A stretch of DNA of 64,000 nucleotides from a virus. Shown piece by piece: positions 10,322 through 18,743 of this stretch. Each line of letters begins with the position of its first letter. Within the stretch, counting starts at the first letter, position 1. Below the pieces are notes generated by a model, which ran no database searches, had not been told where the DNA came from, and saw only the letters and a list, made by a program, of their open reading frames with translations. Location: IMG/VR virus record IMGVR_UViG_3300045988_141072, positions 91,532-155,531 of that record. One strand, given 5' to 3'. The position numbers and the translations under genes are program-made.

Positions 10322-11507
10322 CAACAAGACCTCTGTTACGAAGATAATCTTTCAAATCCTTATTTTCCATAAGTAATTTTCGAGCATCCTCAACTGCCTT
10401 GTCCCTTTCTTTGCTCAACTTTTCGACTAACTCAACTTTTATATCTTTTATTTCTTGAGCAATATTTTCATCATATCCAATTTGCTTATGACGAGCAGCC
10501 TCACTAATTTCTGCTACTTGTCTCATACCTTCACACGTACCTATATCAAAGGAATTGATTTTTGCATCACGCAAGCCTATTTCTGTTAATTTTTTAATTT
10601 TACCAGATAGGGTATTAGCACCTTTGGATTTATTATTGTTAAAATTAACCGATATACCATTATCTTTCGCAAGAGTAGAAGCAACGTTCATAAGTTTTTG
10701 TGAGCTACTTGCCATTTTATCAATTAAAGGCATGTTATCAGCAGTATGAGATGAGTCGCTAATATATTTATCAATCTGATCATTCAGTTTTTCAGCTTGA
10801 TTGAGCTTTTTAACAATCTGAATGACGGCACCCATTTTCATACCATCATTTTTTGTCTCGTCATCAATAAATGAATTCAACTGAGCATATAAAATAGGCT
10901 TATCTTCTTCGACAGGATAATTCTCAAATGGATCATAACCAATAGCATGAATTGTATCTCGTCTATTCATTTTGTACTGCTCAATAATTTCTTCATTCTT
11001 TTCTCGTACAATAGTATTGTTTTCCTTTTGTGATTCTTCAATTTTTTCTGGTTGCTCGGTTTGCAATCCATCAGAATCCTGGTACGTTAGACAATTCCAG
11101 TTTCCCATAGCGATATTTTTTGAATACGCCGCCCAAACATTTGATTTAATTTTTCCTGAAGCAAGATTTTCAGACTCAGCAATACTAGCATCCCATACTG
11201 TCTCTAAAAATGGTTTGTTAAGGTATCGCAGAGCAAGTCGTACTGAAGTTTTATCTGGCTCATGTTCAACTTTATCTTTACCAATTGATAATGCCAAACG
11301 TTTTGCACAGTCTTTGCAAATAGGAGTAAGACCACTTTTATTTAATGGATCTGTACTTACATAAAACTTATCCCTTGCTTTATGTGTATTACATAGATAG
11401 CACCACGCACCATCTTTTAATGTTTGTACTTTATTTTCCAAATCTTCAATTCGTTTCTTAGCTTGTGCAACTGTCATTTTCGTTGCAGATTCTTTCGCTG
11501 TTGCCAA
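10290..11507 (-). CDS. putative small terminase / DNA-recognition protein (Zn-ribbon plus coiled coil)
   Basis: 405 aa, TTG start with GAAAGGAAG RBS. CYLC..CKDC cysteine pairs near the N-terminus. Directly upstream of and overlapping terL. Confidence 0.4.
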   Translation of the reverse strand: MATAKESATKMTVAQAKKRIEDLENKVQTLKDGAWCYLCNTHKARDKFYVSTDPLNKSGLTPICKDCAKRLALSIGKDKVEHEPDKTSVRLALRYLNKPFLETVWDASIAESENLASGKIKSNVWAAYSKNIAMGNWNCLTYQDSDGLQTEQPEKIEESQKENNTIVREKNEEIIEQYKMNRRDTIHAIGYDPFENYPVEEDKPILYAQLNSFIDDETKNDGMKMGAVIQIVKKLNQAEKLNDQIDKYISDSSHTADNMPLIDKMASSSQKLMNVASTLAKDNGISVNFNNNKSKGANTLSGKIKKLTEIGLRDAKINSFDIGTCEGMRQVAEISEAARHKQIGYDENIAQEIKDIKVELVEKLSKERDKAVEDARKLLMENKDLKDYLRNRGLVDENYRIIEND

Positions 11508-11536
11508 TAACAGTCACTTCCTTTCTTTCCAATAAA

Positions 11537-12802
11537 TTAAGCACTCTCTGCAATAACAGTAAGAGTGCTTTCCAAATATTCTACATAATCGTAGTTGATA
11601 TTTATTTGTAAATTGTTTTTCTTAAACCATTCGTCAAATTCCCCAATATCAATTCTATATACAAAATCTAAGAAGTCATATGGAGAGAATTTGGTATATC
11701 CATAATTATCATGAAATAGTTTATGTACATCTTTATTTATACACGCTCCAAACCCATAAATTATATGTAAATCCTTTAATTCGTCTCTTAAATGTTGAAA
11801 CTCATCTTCACTATAATCACATACTTGTTGTTTGACTTCTATGCCAGTCAACTTAAAAACTTCATCAACAATATCTCTAAAAGCGGTAGTATGATGTACA
11901 TTATCAAATTCTCCACCAGTAATTACACATTTATAATTACAAAATTCCATTGATTCATTAAACCAATCTTTTGTATCAGAGCGAAGTTCCGTATATGTAG
12001 GTAAAATACCGCCTTTCCAACGACCATTAAGTTCTCCATTTAAAGGATTGATATGTCTTGGATTCTTGTCGCCAGCCCATTTGCCTTTCATACGTTTACT
12101 AATAGCTTTACATTGTTCAGGACTTCGTTTTCTACCTTTCCACCAACTATCATGGGTTTTGTAATATTCTTTTTTGGTGGCAGAAATTTTATCTCTTGCC
12201 TCTTGTGAAATAATTCTTCCTTTTAATTTTTCACTGCATTTTAAACTCCTTGCAATATTAGCTCTATTTTGTGCTTCATAATTTTTACCTGAAATTCCCA
12301 AAACACCTGCATGACATTCAATTGATCTTACGGTTCTATTTGGAAAGAATATATTATGCAATTCTTCACCTGTAAAATCTTTATAATTTTCATACATTAT
12401 TTTATCTTCAGCTTCAGACCATTTTTCAAAAACCGTATAATCAGGATCTAAAAATCCAGATTCTTTTTTACTACATTCTCTACATACATTTCGTAATCCG
12501 TCTATACAAGCTAAATCAATTGGAAAATATAATTTATTATTAGGTAGATCACGTCCACATTTTTTACAATGACGAGTACCAGAATAAAATAAATCTTTTT
12601 CTTTATTTTGTTCAATAATTTTTAATCTTTTTTCTTTATTGATTATTGCTTGACAGTTTTTACACACTGCATTCAATCTACCAATTCTCTTATTTGCATA
12701 AGAAAAATATTCATTTGTATTTGGATATTCTGCATTACATTTAGTACATATTCTTGTCTTCGAATCAACAGTAGTACCATGTGTATATCCCATAAAAATC
12801 AC
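11537..12802 (-). CDS. HNH endonuclease with NUMOD3-like repeats and tandem N-terminal zinc ribbons
   Basis: C-terminal NVHHTTAF..NKDVHKLFH (HNH-like). Central repeats of the G+.S.E...KIS..KG type. Two CxxC..CxxC units at the N-terminus. Classical position next to terminase genes. Confidence 0.6.
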   Translation of the reverse strand: MIFMGYTHGTTVDSKTRICTKCNAEYPNTNEYFSYANKRIGRLNAVCKNCQAIINKEKRLKIIEQNKEKDLFYSGTRHCKKCGRDLPNNKLYFPIDLACIDGLRNVCRECSKKESGFLDPDYTVFEKWSEAEDKIMYENYKDFTGEELHNIFFPNRTVRSIECHAGVLGISGKNYEAQNRANIARSLKCSEKLKGRIISQEARDKISATKKEYYKTHDSWWKGRKRSPEQCKAISKRMKGKWAGDKNPRHINPLNGELNGRWKGGILPTYTELRSDTKDWFNESMEFCNYKCVITGGEFDNVHHTTAFRDIVDEVFKLTGIEVKQQVCDYSEDEFQHLRDELKDLHIIYGFGACINKDVHKLFHDNYGYTKFSPYDFLDFVYRIDIGEFDEWFKKNNLQININYDYVEYLESTLTVIAESA

Positions 12803-12817
12803 CTATAACCTTTCGTC

Positions 12818-12867
12818 CTAACCTCAAATAACAACTAAAAATAGCAGTAGAAGTGGGGAGGTTAGGT
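12818..12867 (-). promoter_or_regulatory. 9-bp stem hairpin in the leader of the HNH gene
   Basis: CCTAACCTC (12818-12826) pairs with GAGGTTAGG (12859-12867), about 15 nt upstream of the HNH start region. Confidence 0.3.
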
Positions 12868-13082
12868 GTAAAACCCACATACACAAGAATGATCAGTTCT
12901 TATGTCTACTGCCATATTCCAACTATCTGCAACCGAAACAGTAACAATCCTCTCATAGTTGGCTATATATTTATTCTCTTTTTAAATTTCATCACAATAT
13001 AAAAGAAGCCACTTAATACGAAATGACTTCTCATAATTTCCAATATTAAATTTCCAATGAAAGTGCAATTTACTTCACTTAA

Positions 13083-13155
13083 CACACCTTCTACGATTTG
13101 AACATAGACCTGACAATTTTGGAGATTGTTGCTCTACCAATTAAGCTAAAGGTGT
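13083..13155 (-). tRNA. tRNA-Trp(CCA): tRNA-Trp (anticodon CCA)
   Basis: Manual cloverleaf, 73 nt. Acceptor ACACCTT/AAGGTGT, D stem GCTT/GAGC, anticodon arm ACAAT-CTCCAAA-ATTGT, T arm CTATG-TTCAAAT-CGTAG. Confidence 0.8.
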
Positions 13156-13462
13156 AAAATCATCACATTGACTTCGCTAATCAAACAGACTATAATATAT
13201 CTGCCATAATTGGCAGAAAGGAATGGTGATTATGTTAAAAGCCGTTTTGAATATGCCCGTTCTGAGTAAAAGTCAATGCGATGGCAATAATAGTATTACA
13301 GATCCCAACTGCTAAAGTGAGGTTGCCTTGATTAAGACAAGATTTCACATCAACCTATTTACAAAGTGGTGTAAAATGTGTACACGCACCGTCAGGAACA
13401 AAAGGATAAAAGCTCAATGACGGTACTGAGCTTACCACAATGCAAATTGCACCAAGGTCTTA

Positions 13463-13519
13463 GAAAAAAAAATTGGGAATAAGGCTGTCAAAGTGATGTG
13501 CTTGATAGCCTTATTTTTA
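13463..13519. terminator. bidirectional rho-independent terminator-like hairpin
   Basis: AATAAGGCT (13478-13486) pairs with AGCCTTATT (13507-13515). Flanked by an A-run (13464-13472) and a T-run (13514-13518). Confidence 0.45.
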
Positions 13520-13612
13520 ATAAAGCGAGAGAGTAGTGATGAGCTACTCACATCTAAAAGTTGTATGCATCCCACTAATAGATTTTCATCTTCAGGACTT
13601 CTCGCATAATAG

Positions 13613-13686
13613 CGACTCTAATGGGACTCGAACCCATAATCTTCTGATAGACAGTCAGACGAATTAACCAATTCTTCCATAGAGCC
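13613..13686 (-). tRNA. tRNA-Asp(GTC): tRNA-Asp (anticodon GTC)
   Basis: Manual cloverleaf, 74 nt. Acceptor GGCTCTA/TAGAGTC, anticodon arm TCTGA-CTGTCTA-TCAGA, T arm ATGGG-TTCGAGT-CCCAT. Confidence 0.85.
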
Positions 13687-14348
13687 ATACGCAAATGTCA
13701 ACATAAAGCACCAACTAGTTGACTTGAACTGTACACATCCAGTTATTTAGAATAAAAAGTTAGACAATTCATTCATGCTTTCTAAATCACTTCAATCATA
13801 TTTACTCGCTAACCAACGCACGAGAAGGAGATTGCTACCTGTGCCACCCAAAATACATTGCGCTTATGTAGTAACACTCCATATCTTTACCTCAAAAATA
13901 AGTGAGTATCATAGCTACACACTTACATACAGCAACTTAATAACCCGGTAAAATAATTGGTTTGGTTAAAAGCTTGACTAGGTGCAAGCACCTCTTCAAG
14001 TAAAAATCCAAAGATTTTTTGTTCATTATCGTTTCTCATTAACGCAGAGAATCACGGACATCTTCTCATTTTGAAGGATGAGAATAACCAAAGAATCTAG
14101 ATGTCGATAGAATAGAAGATTGGACTTATAATGCTACATGGATAGCAAATGCCAAGATATGATAACATTAATAATCAATAGTAAAAATCTATCAACGAAT
14201 TGATAGACCACCCTTACTCTCATGAGAGTGTAAGCAGCTTGTAATATATTATTCTCTACATTGTCTCCACCTCTCGGCTCAAATATCACGTTACTATGCT
14301 TTCTTGTTGAAATTGATTTTGGTTAGACGAAGGCTTCATCAGCATCTT

Positions 14349-15383
14349 CTATAAATCAGAAAGTGATTTTTGTTCAACCTTTTTAATTTCTCCGTCTGCA
14401 AAATATTTTGCAAATTGCTCATCAGCATCAATATCCTTGTACACCGCAACCATATCAAGCGAATTCCAACCGACTAGCATTTGAATTACATCATCAGGAA
14501 GACCACTTCGAGAACAAGAAGTTGTAAAGAAATGACGAAGGCTGTGAAAATAGAAGTCTTCTCCTAAATGTTTGCTGAATGTATCAGCCCAACTGTCAAG
14601 AGTGCTTGAATCCATAGGTTCATCTATATATTCTCCATTTACTTTCTTTGGAAATAACCATTCTGATTCAATTCCGTGTTCTTTTCTATAATTCATCCAC
14701 AAATCAAAATATGGTTTAAACGGTTTTGCAAGTGTATATACCGTCAACATTTTGCCCCTAGAGCCTTTTCCCTTTGTTTGGATCTTTTCAGGCGTTTTAT
14801 ATAAAGAACCATATATAATATTTTCATCATTGAAATAAGATACTTTGAAACGTGGCAATTCACTCTTACGTCTACCGCTAAATGCAGCTAATGCTAAAAT
14901 ACAAGCCTTGTCATACTTACCTTTTTCAACCCAATAATCAAGCATTCCCTGTACTTGTTCATCAGATAACACAGTTTTAGTGAATACTTTCTCATTTGCA
15001 GGATTTTCAATTTTGCGTATAATCGGTTTAAAGTTCTCATACTCATCATCTAATATAGCTTCGACATAATTTGAAAGAGAAGAGAGAGTAGATTTTACTC
15101 TACGCATTCTAGCTGGCGACCATTTATATTCAGTAAGGCAAAAACTCTGATAACGAGCAATATCCCTCTTAGATAAATCAATAAAGAATTTGTTGTCACA
15201 ATGCTGAAGTAAATACACCCAGAAAATGTAAAGGTCACGCCTATACGCATTAATTGTATTCGGAGATCTATCCACTGAACGAAGATAATCCAAAAAGTCA
15301 TTTCCTAACTCTATATTCTCTTTATTGCACTGAGCCAATAGCTCATCAGTAACAATATTGTTATGCTGTATTTTTCTACTCAT
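14349..15383 (-). CDS. tyrosine recombinase / phage integrase
   Basis: 344 aa. C-terminal catalytic signatures HSLRHFFTT and LVGWNSLDMVAVY. N-terminal SAM-like core-binding region. Flanked by tRNA genes. Confidence 0.85.
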   Translation of the reverse strand: MSRKIQHNNIVTDELLAQCNKENIELGNDFLDYLRSVDRSPNTINAYRRDLYIFWVYLLQHCDNKFFIDLSKRDIARYQSFCLTEYKWSPARMRRVKSTLSSLSNYVEAILDDEYENFKPIIRKIENPANEKVFTKTVLSDEQVQGMLDYWVEKGKYDKACILALAAFSGRRKSELPRFKVSYFNDENIIYGSLYKTPEKIQTKGKGSRGKMLTVYTLAKPFKPYFDLWMNYRKEHGIESEWLFPKKVNGEYIDEPMDSSTLDSWADTFSKHLGEDFYFHSLRHFFTTSCSRSGLPDDVIQMLVGWNSLDMVAVYKDIDADEQFAKYFADGEIKKVEQKSLSDL

Positions 15384-15406
15384 TAAATCTCACTTCCTTT
15401 CACACA

Positions 15407-15444
15407 TAAAAAAGAAGCAGTAATACTAATTAACTAACTGCTTC
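15407..15444 (-). terminator. rho-independent terminator upstream of the integrase
   Basis: Minus strand: GAAGCAGT..ACTGCTTC 8-bp stem followed by TTTTTT (complement of 15408-15413). Confidence 0.55.
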
Positions 15445-15496
15445 TAAGCAACATTTTCTATATTTAAAAAATCAAATCTTTCCCTATGCCAACAAC

Positions 15497-15651
15497 TAAA
15501 AAATAGAACAGTAGAAGAGAGGCATAGGTTCTCATATACTTGGTAGCTACTCCAAGCACCTACTGTTCCATAAATCCCACAATCAGCTATGACGCCAATT
15601 ATGAGCACATATTTATATTCTCTGTTTCCATTCATAAAAACATCGAATCAA
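15497..15651 (-). ncRNA. candidate small structured RNA trailing tRNA-Lys
   Basis: Minus strand: 9-bp outer stem GAACAGTAG/CTACTGTTC (complement of 15560-15568 and 15506-15514) encloses a further stem CCTATGCC/GGCATAGG. It is followed by a U-run. No RBS-supported ORF. Confidence 0.25.
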
Positions 15652-15725
15652 TGGGCATAAAGGGACTCGAACCCCTGATCTACCGGTTAAAAGCCGGTTG
15701 TTCTAACCAACCGAACTACATACCC
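15652..15725 (-). tRNA. tRNA-Lys(TTT): tRNA-Lys (anticodon TTT)
   Basis: Manual cloverleaf, 74 nt. Acceptor GGGTATG/TATGCCC, D stem GTTC/GAAC, anticodon arm ACCGG-CTTTTAA-CCGGT, T arm AGGGG-TTCGAGT-CCCTT. Confidence 0.85.
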
Positions 15726-15782
15726 AAAACAAAAGAGTGCATAGAAAACTACACACTCTCTATAAATTCAAGATTTAACATC

Positions 15783-16376
15783 TTACAAACTTAACAAATC
15801 TATCCATCTATTCATTTCATCACAAAAATCCTGATATCTGGCATCTATTTCAGCCATAGCATCTTCGTATTCTTCTTTACTAGCAGATTTGTTATTTACA
15901 AAATAATTAGTGGTAGAAGTAGAAGATATAGGTTTACCATATAATTCGCAGTTCTCACAATCGTAATCTTCTTTGCCTATAACAACTTCATATATATTGT
16001 CACTTTCTAAATGTGATAATACTTTAGATGAACAATTACTTAATACATAAATATACTTTGATTCATCGTCTATATAATCATCATCTTGTTTAAAAGGTTC
16101 AACATATAGTTCGCTATTCATAATACTAATAATATATTCATCACTATATTCTTCAGGTGAATGATTAGGATTGATAAAATTATCAAAAGAATGAATATCA
16201 TATTCACCAATATTAATTAATGATTTAATGATTTCGTTTGCTTCTTTATACTTTGCAATAATAGATATATCGGCAAAATCTGCCTTATTTAATACATTTT
16301 CATACATAGCATTAACACTAACGGCAAAGTCTAAAGCATCTTCAAAATATATTGTTTCCATAATTAAAAACACCAC
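15783..16376 (-). CDS. hypothetical acidic protein
   Basis: 197 aa with GGTGG RBS; D/E/Y-rich; no recognisable motif. Confidence 0.5.
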   Translation of the reverse strand: MVFLIMETIYFEDALDFAVSVNAMYENVLNKADFADISIIAKYKEANEIIKSLINIGEYDIHSFDNFINPNHSPEEYSDEYIISIMNSELYVEPFKQDDDYIDDESKYIYVLSNCSSKVLSHLESDNIYEVVIGKEDYDCENCELYGKPISSTSTTNYFVNNKSASKEEYEDAMAEIDARYQDFCDEMNRWIDLLSL

Positions 16377-16381
16377 CCAAA

Positions 16382-16657
16382 CTAAATATTTTTATTTGCT
16401 TTTGACATTGTAAACTTGATTTCATTATGGGCTTCTGTATGCCAAGGCTTACCATTAATAGCACTTACACCGTCTTTTGCAGGTACTGCCTTCACTGAGA
16501 ATGTACCAAGCTTTCCAAATTTAATCTTTTCAGTTGAATCTGACTTTAATGTATCAAAAATAACGTCTTCAAAAGTATCAATAATTACCTTAATATCTGC
16601 CTTTGAAGCACCTTCAACTCTATTTGCAATTTCTTTTAATAATAAATCTTTAGTCAT
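16382..16657 (-). CDS. HU/IHF-family DNA-binding protein
   Basis: 91 aa from the ATG with AAGGAGA RBS. MTKDLL..KFGKLGTFSVK..NGKPW..EIKF follows the HU beta-arm pattern. Confidence 0.7.
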   Translation of the reverse strand: MTKDLLLKEIANRVEGASKADIKVIIDTFEDVIFDTLKSDSTEKIKFGKLGTFSVKAVPAKDGVSAINGKPWHTEAHNEIKFTMSKANKNI

Positions 16658-16726
16658 GTTTGTCTCCTTTTTTCTCAATTAATTTCATTTTGCCTTTTTC
16701 AGCAATTTTGTTTTATTTTTTATAAC

Positions 16727-16765
16727 TAAAAAGAGGGTAGCAGCTCAGAATGAGTCTACTCCCTC
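16727..16765 (-). terminator. rho-independent terminator
   Basis: Minus strand: GAGGGAGTAG..CTACCCTC hairpin followed by TTTTT. Confidence 0.55.
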
Positions 16766-16996
16766 ATAAATTTCGTATCCTAACAGCGCTCCTATGGAAT
16801 TACCCAATGGTCTGTCACCCGTAGGTTCAGGGATTCTGGTGTGATACGAACTACTATAATCCCTTTTTTGTAATAACCTAAGTTATTCTCGTTTGTTAAT
16901 GCCAGTCGAGTTCTGATTTATATTTTATTGCAGTTGTATATGTATCGGTTCATTACACTTAGCCAAGCCAAACCGAATGGCGGACTGCAATATTAT
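16766..16996 (-). ncRNA. candidate structured RNA (3' UTR of phosphoesterase gene / leader of HU gene)
   Basis: 230 nt with no ORF and visibly higher GC. Stems ATTGCAGT/ACTGCAAT, AATAAC/GTTATT, and interleaved GGGATT/AATCCC with TTCGTATC/GATACGAA (pseudoknot-like). Ends in the terminator. Confidence 0.35.
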
Positions 16997-18223
16997 TTAA
17001 TTTAATTTAATATCTTTTATCATTTCTACTTCGTTTTCCTTTAAAATAACAATTGTTTGTGAAGCAGAACTAGCACAAAAGAAATTTTTAGAATAGTCGT
17101 TAAATCCACTTAAACATCCACTGGAAATTACATAACGACCATGATTTTCTGATTGAACAGAAAAATTATGTAAATGACCACTAAAAATTAAATCATAAAA
17201 TTGATTATCACTTGAAATGATTTTAGCAAAATTACCTTTATCATTTTTATATTTATCACCATGTATAAATTTACAAGATAAACCTGAAATCATTATGTTA
17301 ATGTCTGAATCAGAATAATTTGTTTCTAAAATAGAAATTCTAGTTGAACCACTAACTTCAATCAAATCTTTAATTTGTTCAGTGATAAGCACATTAGCAT
17401 TATCACCTTCAAAACTTTTCTTTTTATCCCCAGACATTCTATCGTGATTCCCGGCTATACCACCATAAACGACATTACAATCTTCGGCTAAAGAAACTAA
17501 TAATCTATATATTAATTTAGTTGCTTTATGTATCTGCATTGATTGTAGAAATTCACAATTATGTTCTTGGGTGTTTCGCATATATACTTGTTCAATCATA
17601 TCACCAGTTGATATTACAAATATTTTTTTGATGTCATACATATCTATATATTTTTTACATTCAGATATATATTTATTAATTCGTTCATTTGCAATTTCCC
17701 AATTAAAATAATTACCGTTGCAATTATTAATTACGTATCCTATATGCCAATCTGTAATATGGCATACCATCGTATATTTAGAATTATCTACAATGGGTTT
17801 ATACATATATTCAGGTATTTTCAATGAAAAATCATTATCTTTCATATACTGTTTTAATTCATCAGCAACAGTAAGACATGGAACTAAATCTCGTTTCATT
17901 TTATTTAACTTTAATCTGTCGTTGTGAATTTGCTGTTTAACAATATACTGTTCACCAAGAATCTCTTTTGCGTCATCAAGGGTAAATGATTTTTCAGTTA
18001 TATTTTTAGATTTTAAATACTCTCTTACAAAATAATTACCAAAGATAGTCTGACTAGCTTTTCTTACGCTGTCATAATGGCATTTAATACCATATTTATC
18101 TACAAGTTCTTTCCAGTCTATATCCGAAAGACCAGACATTTTATTAGAAATTTCTGTTAATACTTGTTCATAAGTAGTAGGAGTTAGTCCATATTTTGCT
18201 AATTCTTCTTCGAAATTATACAA
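16997..18223 (-). CDS. calcineurin-like metallophosphoesterase
   Basis: Ordered motifs DWH, GDMIEQ, GNHD, HGD, GHLH. 408 aa, TTG start with GGTGAG RBS. Confidence 0.75.
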   Translation of the reverse strand: MYNFEEELAKYGLTPTTYEQVLTEISNKMSGLSDIDWKELVDKYGIKCHYDSVRKASQTIFGNYFVREYLKSKNITEKSFTLDDAKEILGEQYIVKQQIHNDRLKLNKMKRDLVPCLTVADELKQYMKDNDFSLKIPEYMYKPIVDNSKYTMVCHITDWHIGYVINNCNGNYFNWEIANERINKYISECKKYIDMYDIKKIFVISTGDMIEQVYMRNTQEHNCEFLQSMQIHKATKLIYRLLVSLAEDCNVVYGGIAGNHDRMSGDKKKSFEGDNANVLITEQIKDLIEVSGSTRISILETNYSDSDINIMISGLSCKFIHGDKYKNDKGNFAKIISSDNQFYDLIFSGHLHNFSVQSENHGRYVISSGCLSGFNDYSKNFFCASSASQTIVILKENEVEMIKDIKLN

Positions 18224-18238
18224 TTACTCACCAACTCT

Positions 18239-18448
18239 CTATTCATCTTCTATAGGCTCATCAAGTTCTTCTTCGTCTTTAACTTTCACATTAATTTCAA
18301 TGGCAGCACCATCAAAATCTGAAAGAAGAGTAGAAAGTTTCTTTTCTTCACCATCTACATCAATTGTCATTGTGTCTGTATTTATAATTCCTGCTATTTT
18401 CATTGCAGTAGTTGTAGTCTTTTTATATGTAAAATTCATCCTTTTCAT
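18239..18448 (-). CDS. small hypothetical acidic protein
   Basis: 69-aa ORF; the true start may be the second ATG (18439), which has better RBS spacing. Confidence 0.45.
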   Translation of the reverse strand: MKRMNFTYKKTTTTAMKIAGIINTDTMTIDVDGEEKKLSTLLSDFDGAAIEINVKVKDEEELDEPIEDE

Positions 18449-18484
18449 CCTTTCACGACTAAAATAAGAGAGTAGAACAACTCT

Positions 18485-18724
18485 CTAAAAATCATCATCT
18501 TCATAATATTCTTCATCAGGAATCTGAAAACCAATAGCGCAAGTATTAACCGGCTCAGACTGTTCTTGAATATCTTGAAGTTCATTGTTTATTTTCATAA
18601 CTTTTTTGCTTAACTTACCTTTTGGTACTTCCAATGCCACTTGCAATAGTTCTGTGAGAGAATCCCAAATTGGCAATAAGCACACACCTGTTACAAAACC
18701 TAAAATATATTTCTTCATAGGCAA
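18485..18724 (-). CDS. small membrane protein
   Basis: 79 aa with AGAGG RBS; one N-terminal hydrophobic helix and an acidic tail. Confidence 0.45.
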   Translation of the reverse strand: MPMKKYILGFVTGVCLLPIWDSLTELLQVALEVPKGKLSKKVMKINNELQDIQEQSEPVNTCAIGFQIPDEEYYEDDDF

Positions 18725-18743
18725 TTACCTCTACGTGAGCACT

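Noticed and set aside
382-11364. Plus-strand ORFs inside the leftward structural genes (382-573, 2432-2662, 2738-2944, 3773-4138, 5354-5602, 5773-5976, 7551-7781, 9607-9840, 10555-10749, 10972-11364) and the minus-strand 554-787
   Set aside because: All lie entirely within, and mostly antisense to, long well-supported genes. They have no RBS and have the skewed composition typical of shadow frames.
14336-14344. CUGAUGA (hammerhead core-like) on the minus strand at the edge of the first island
   Set aside because: There is no flanking stem I/II/III arrangement or appropriately placed GAAA. It is a single heptamer expected by chance.
15444-15794. Track ORFs 15444-15635 (-) and 15540-15794 (+)
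   Set aside because: They overlap the tRNA-Lys gene and its trailing hairpins, and have no RBS. They are translation artefacts of structured RNA sequence.
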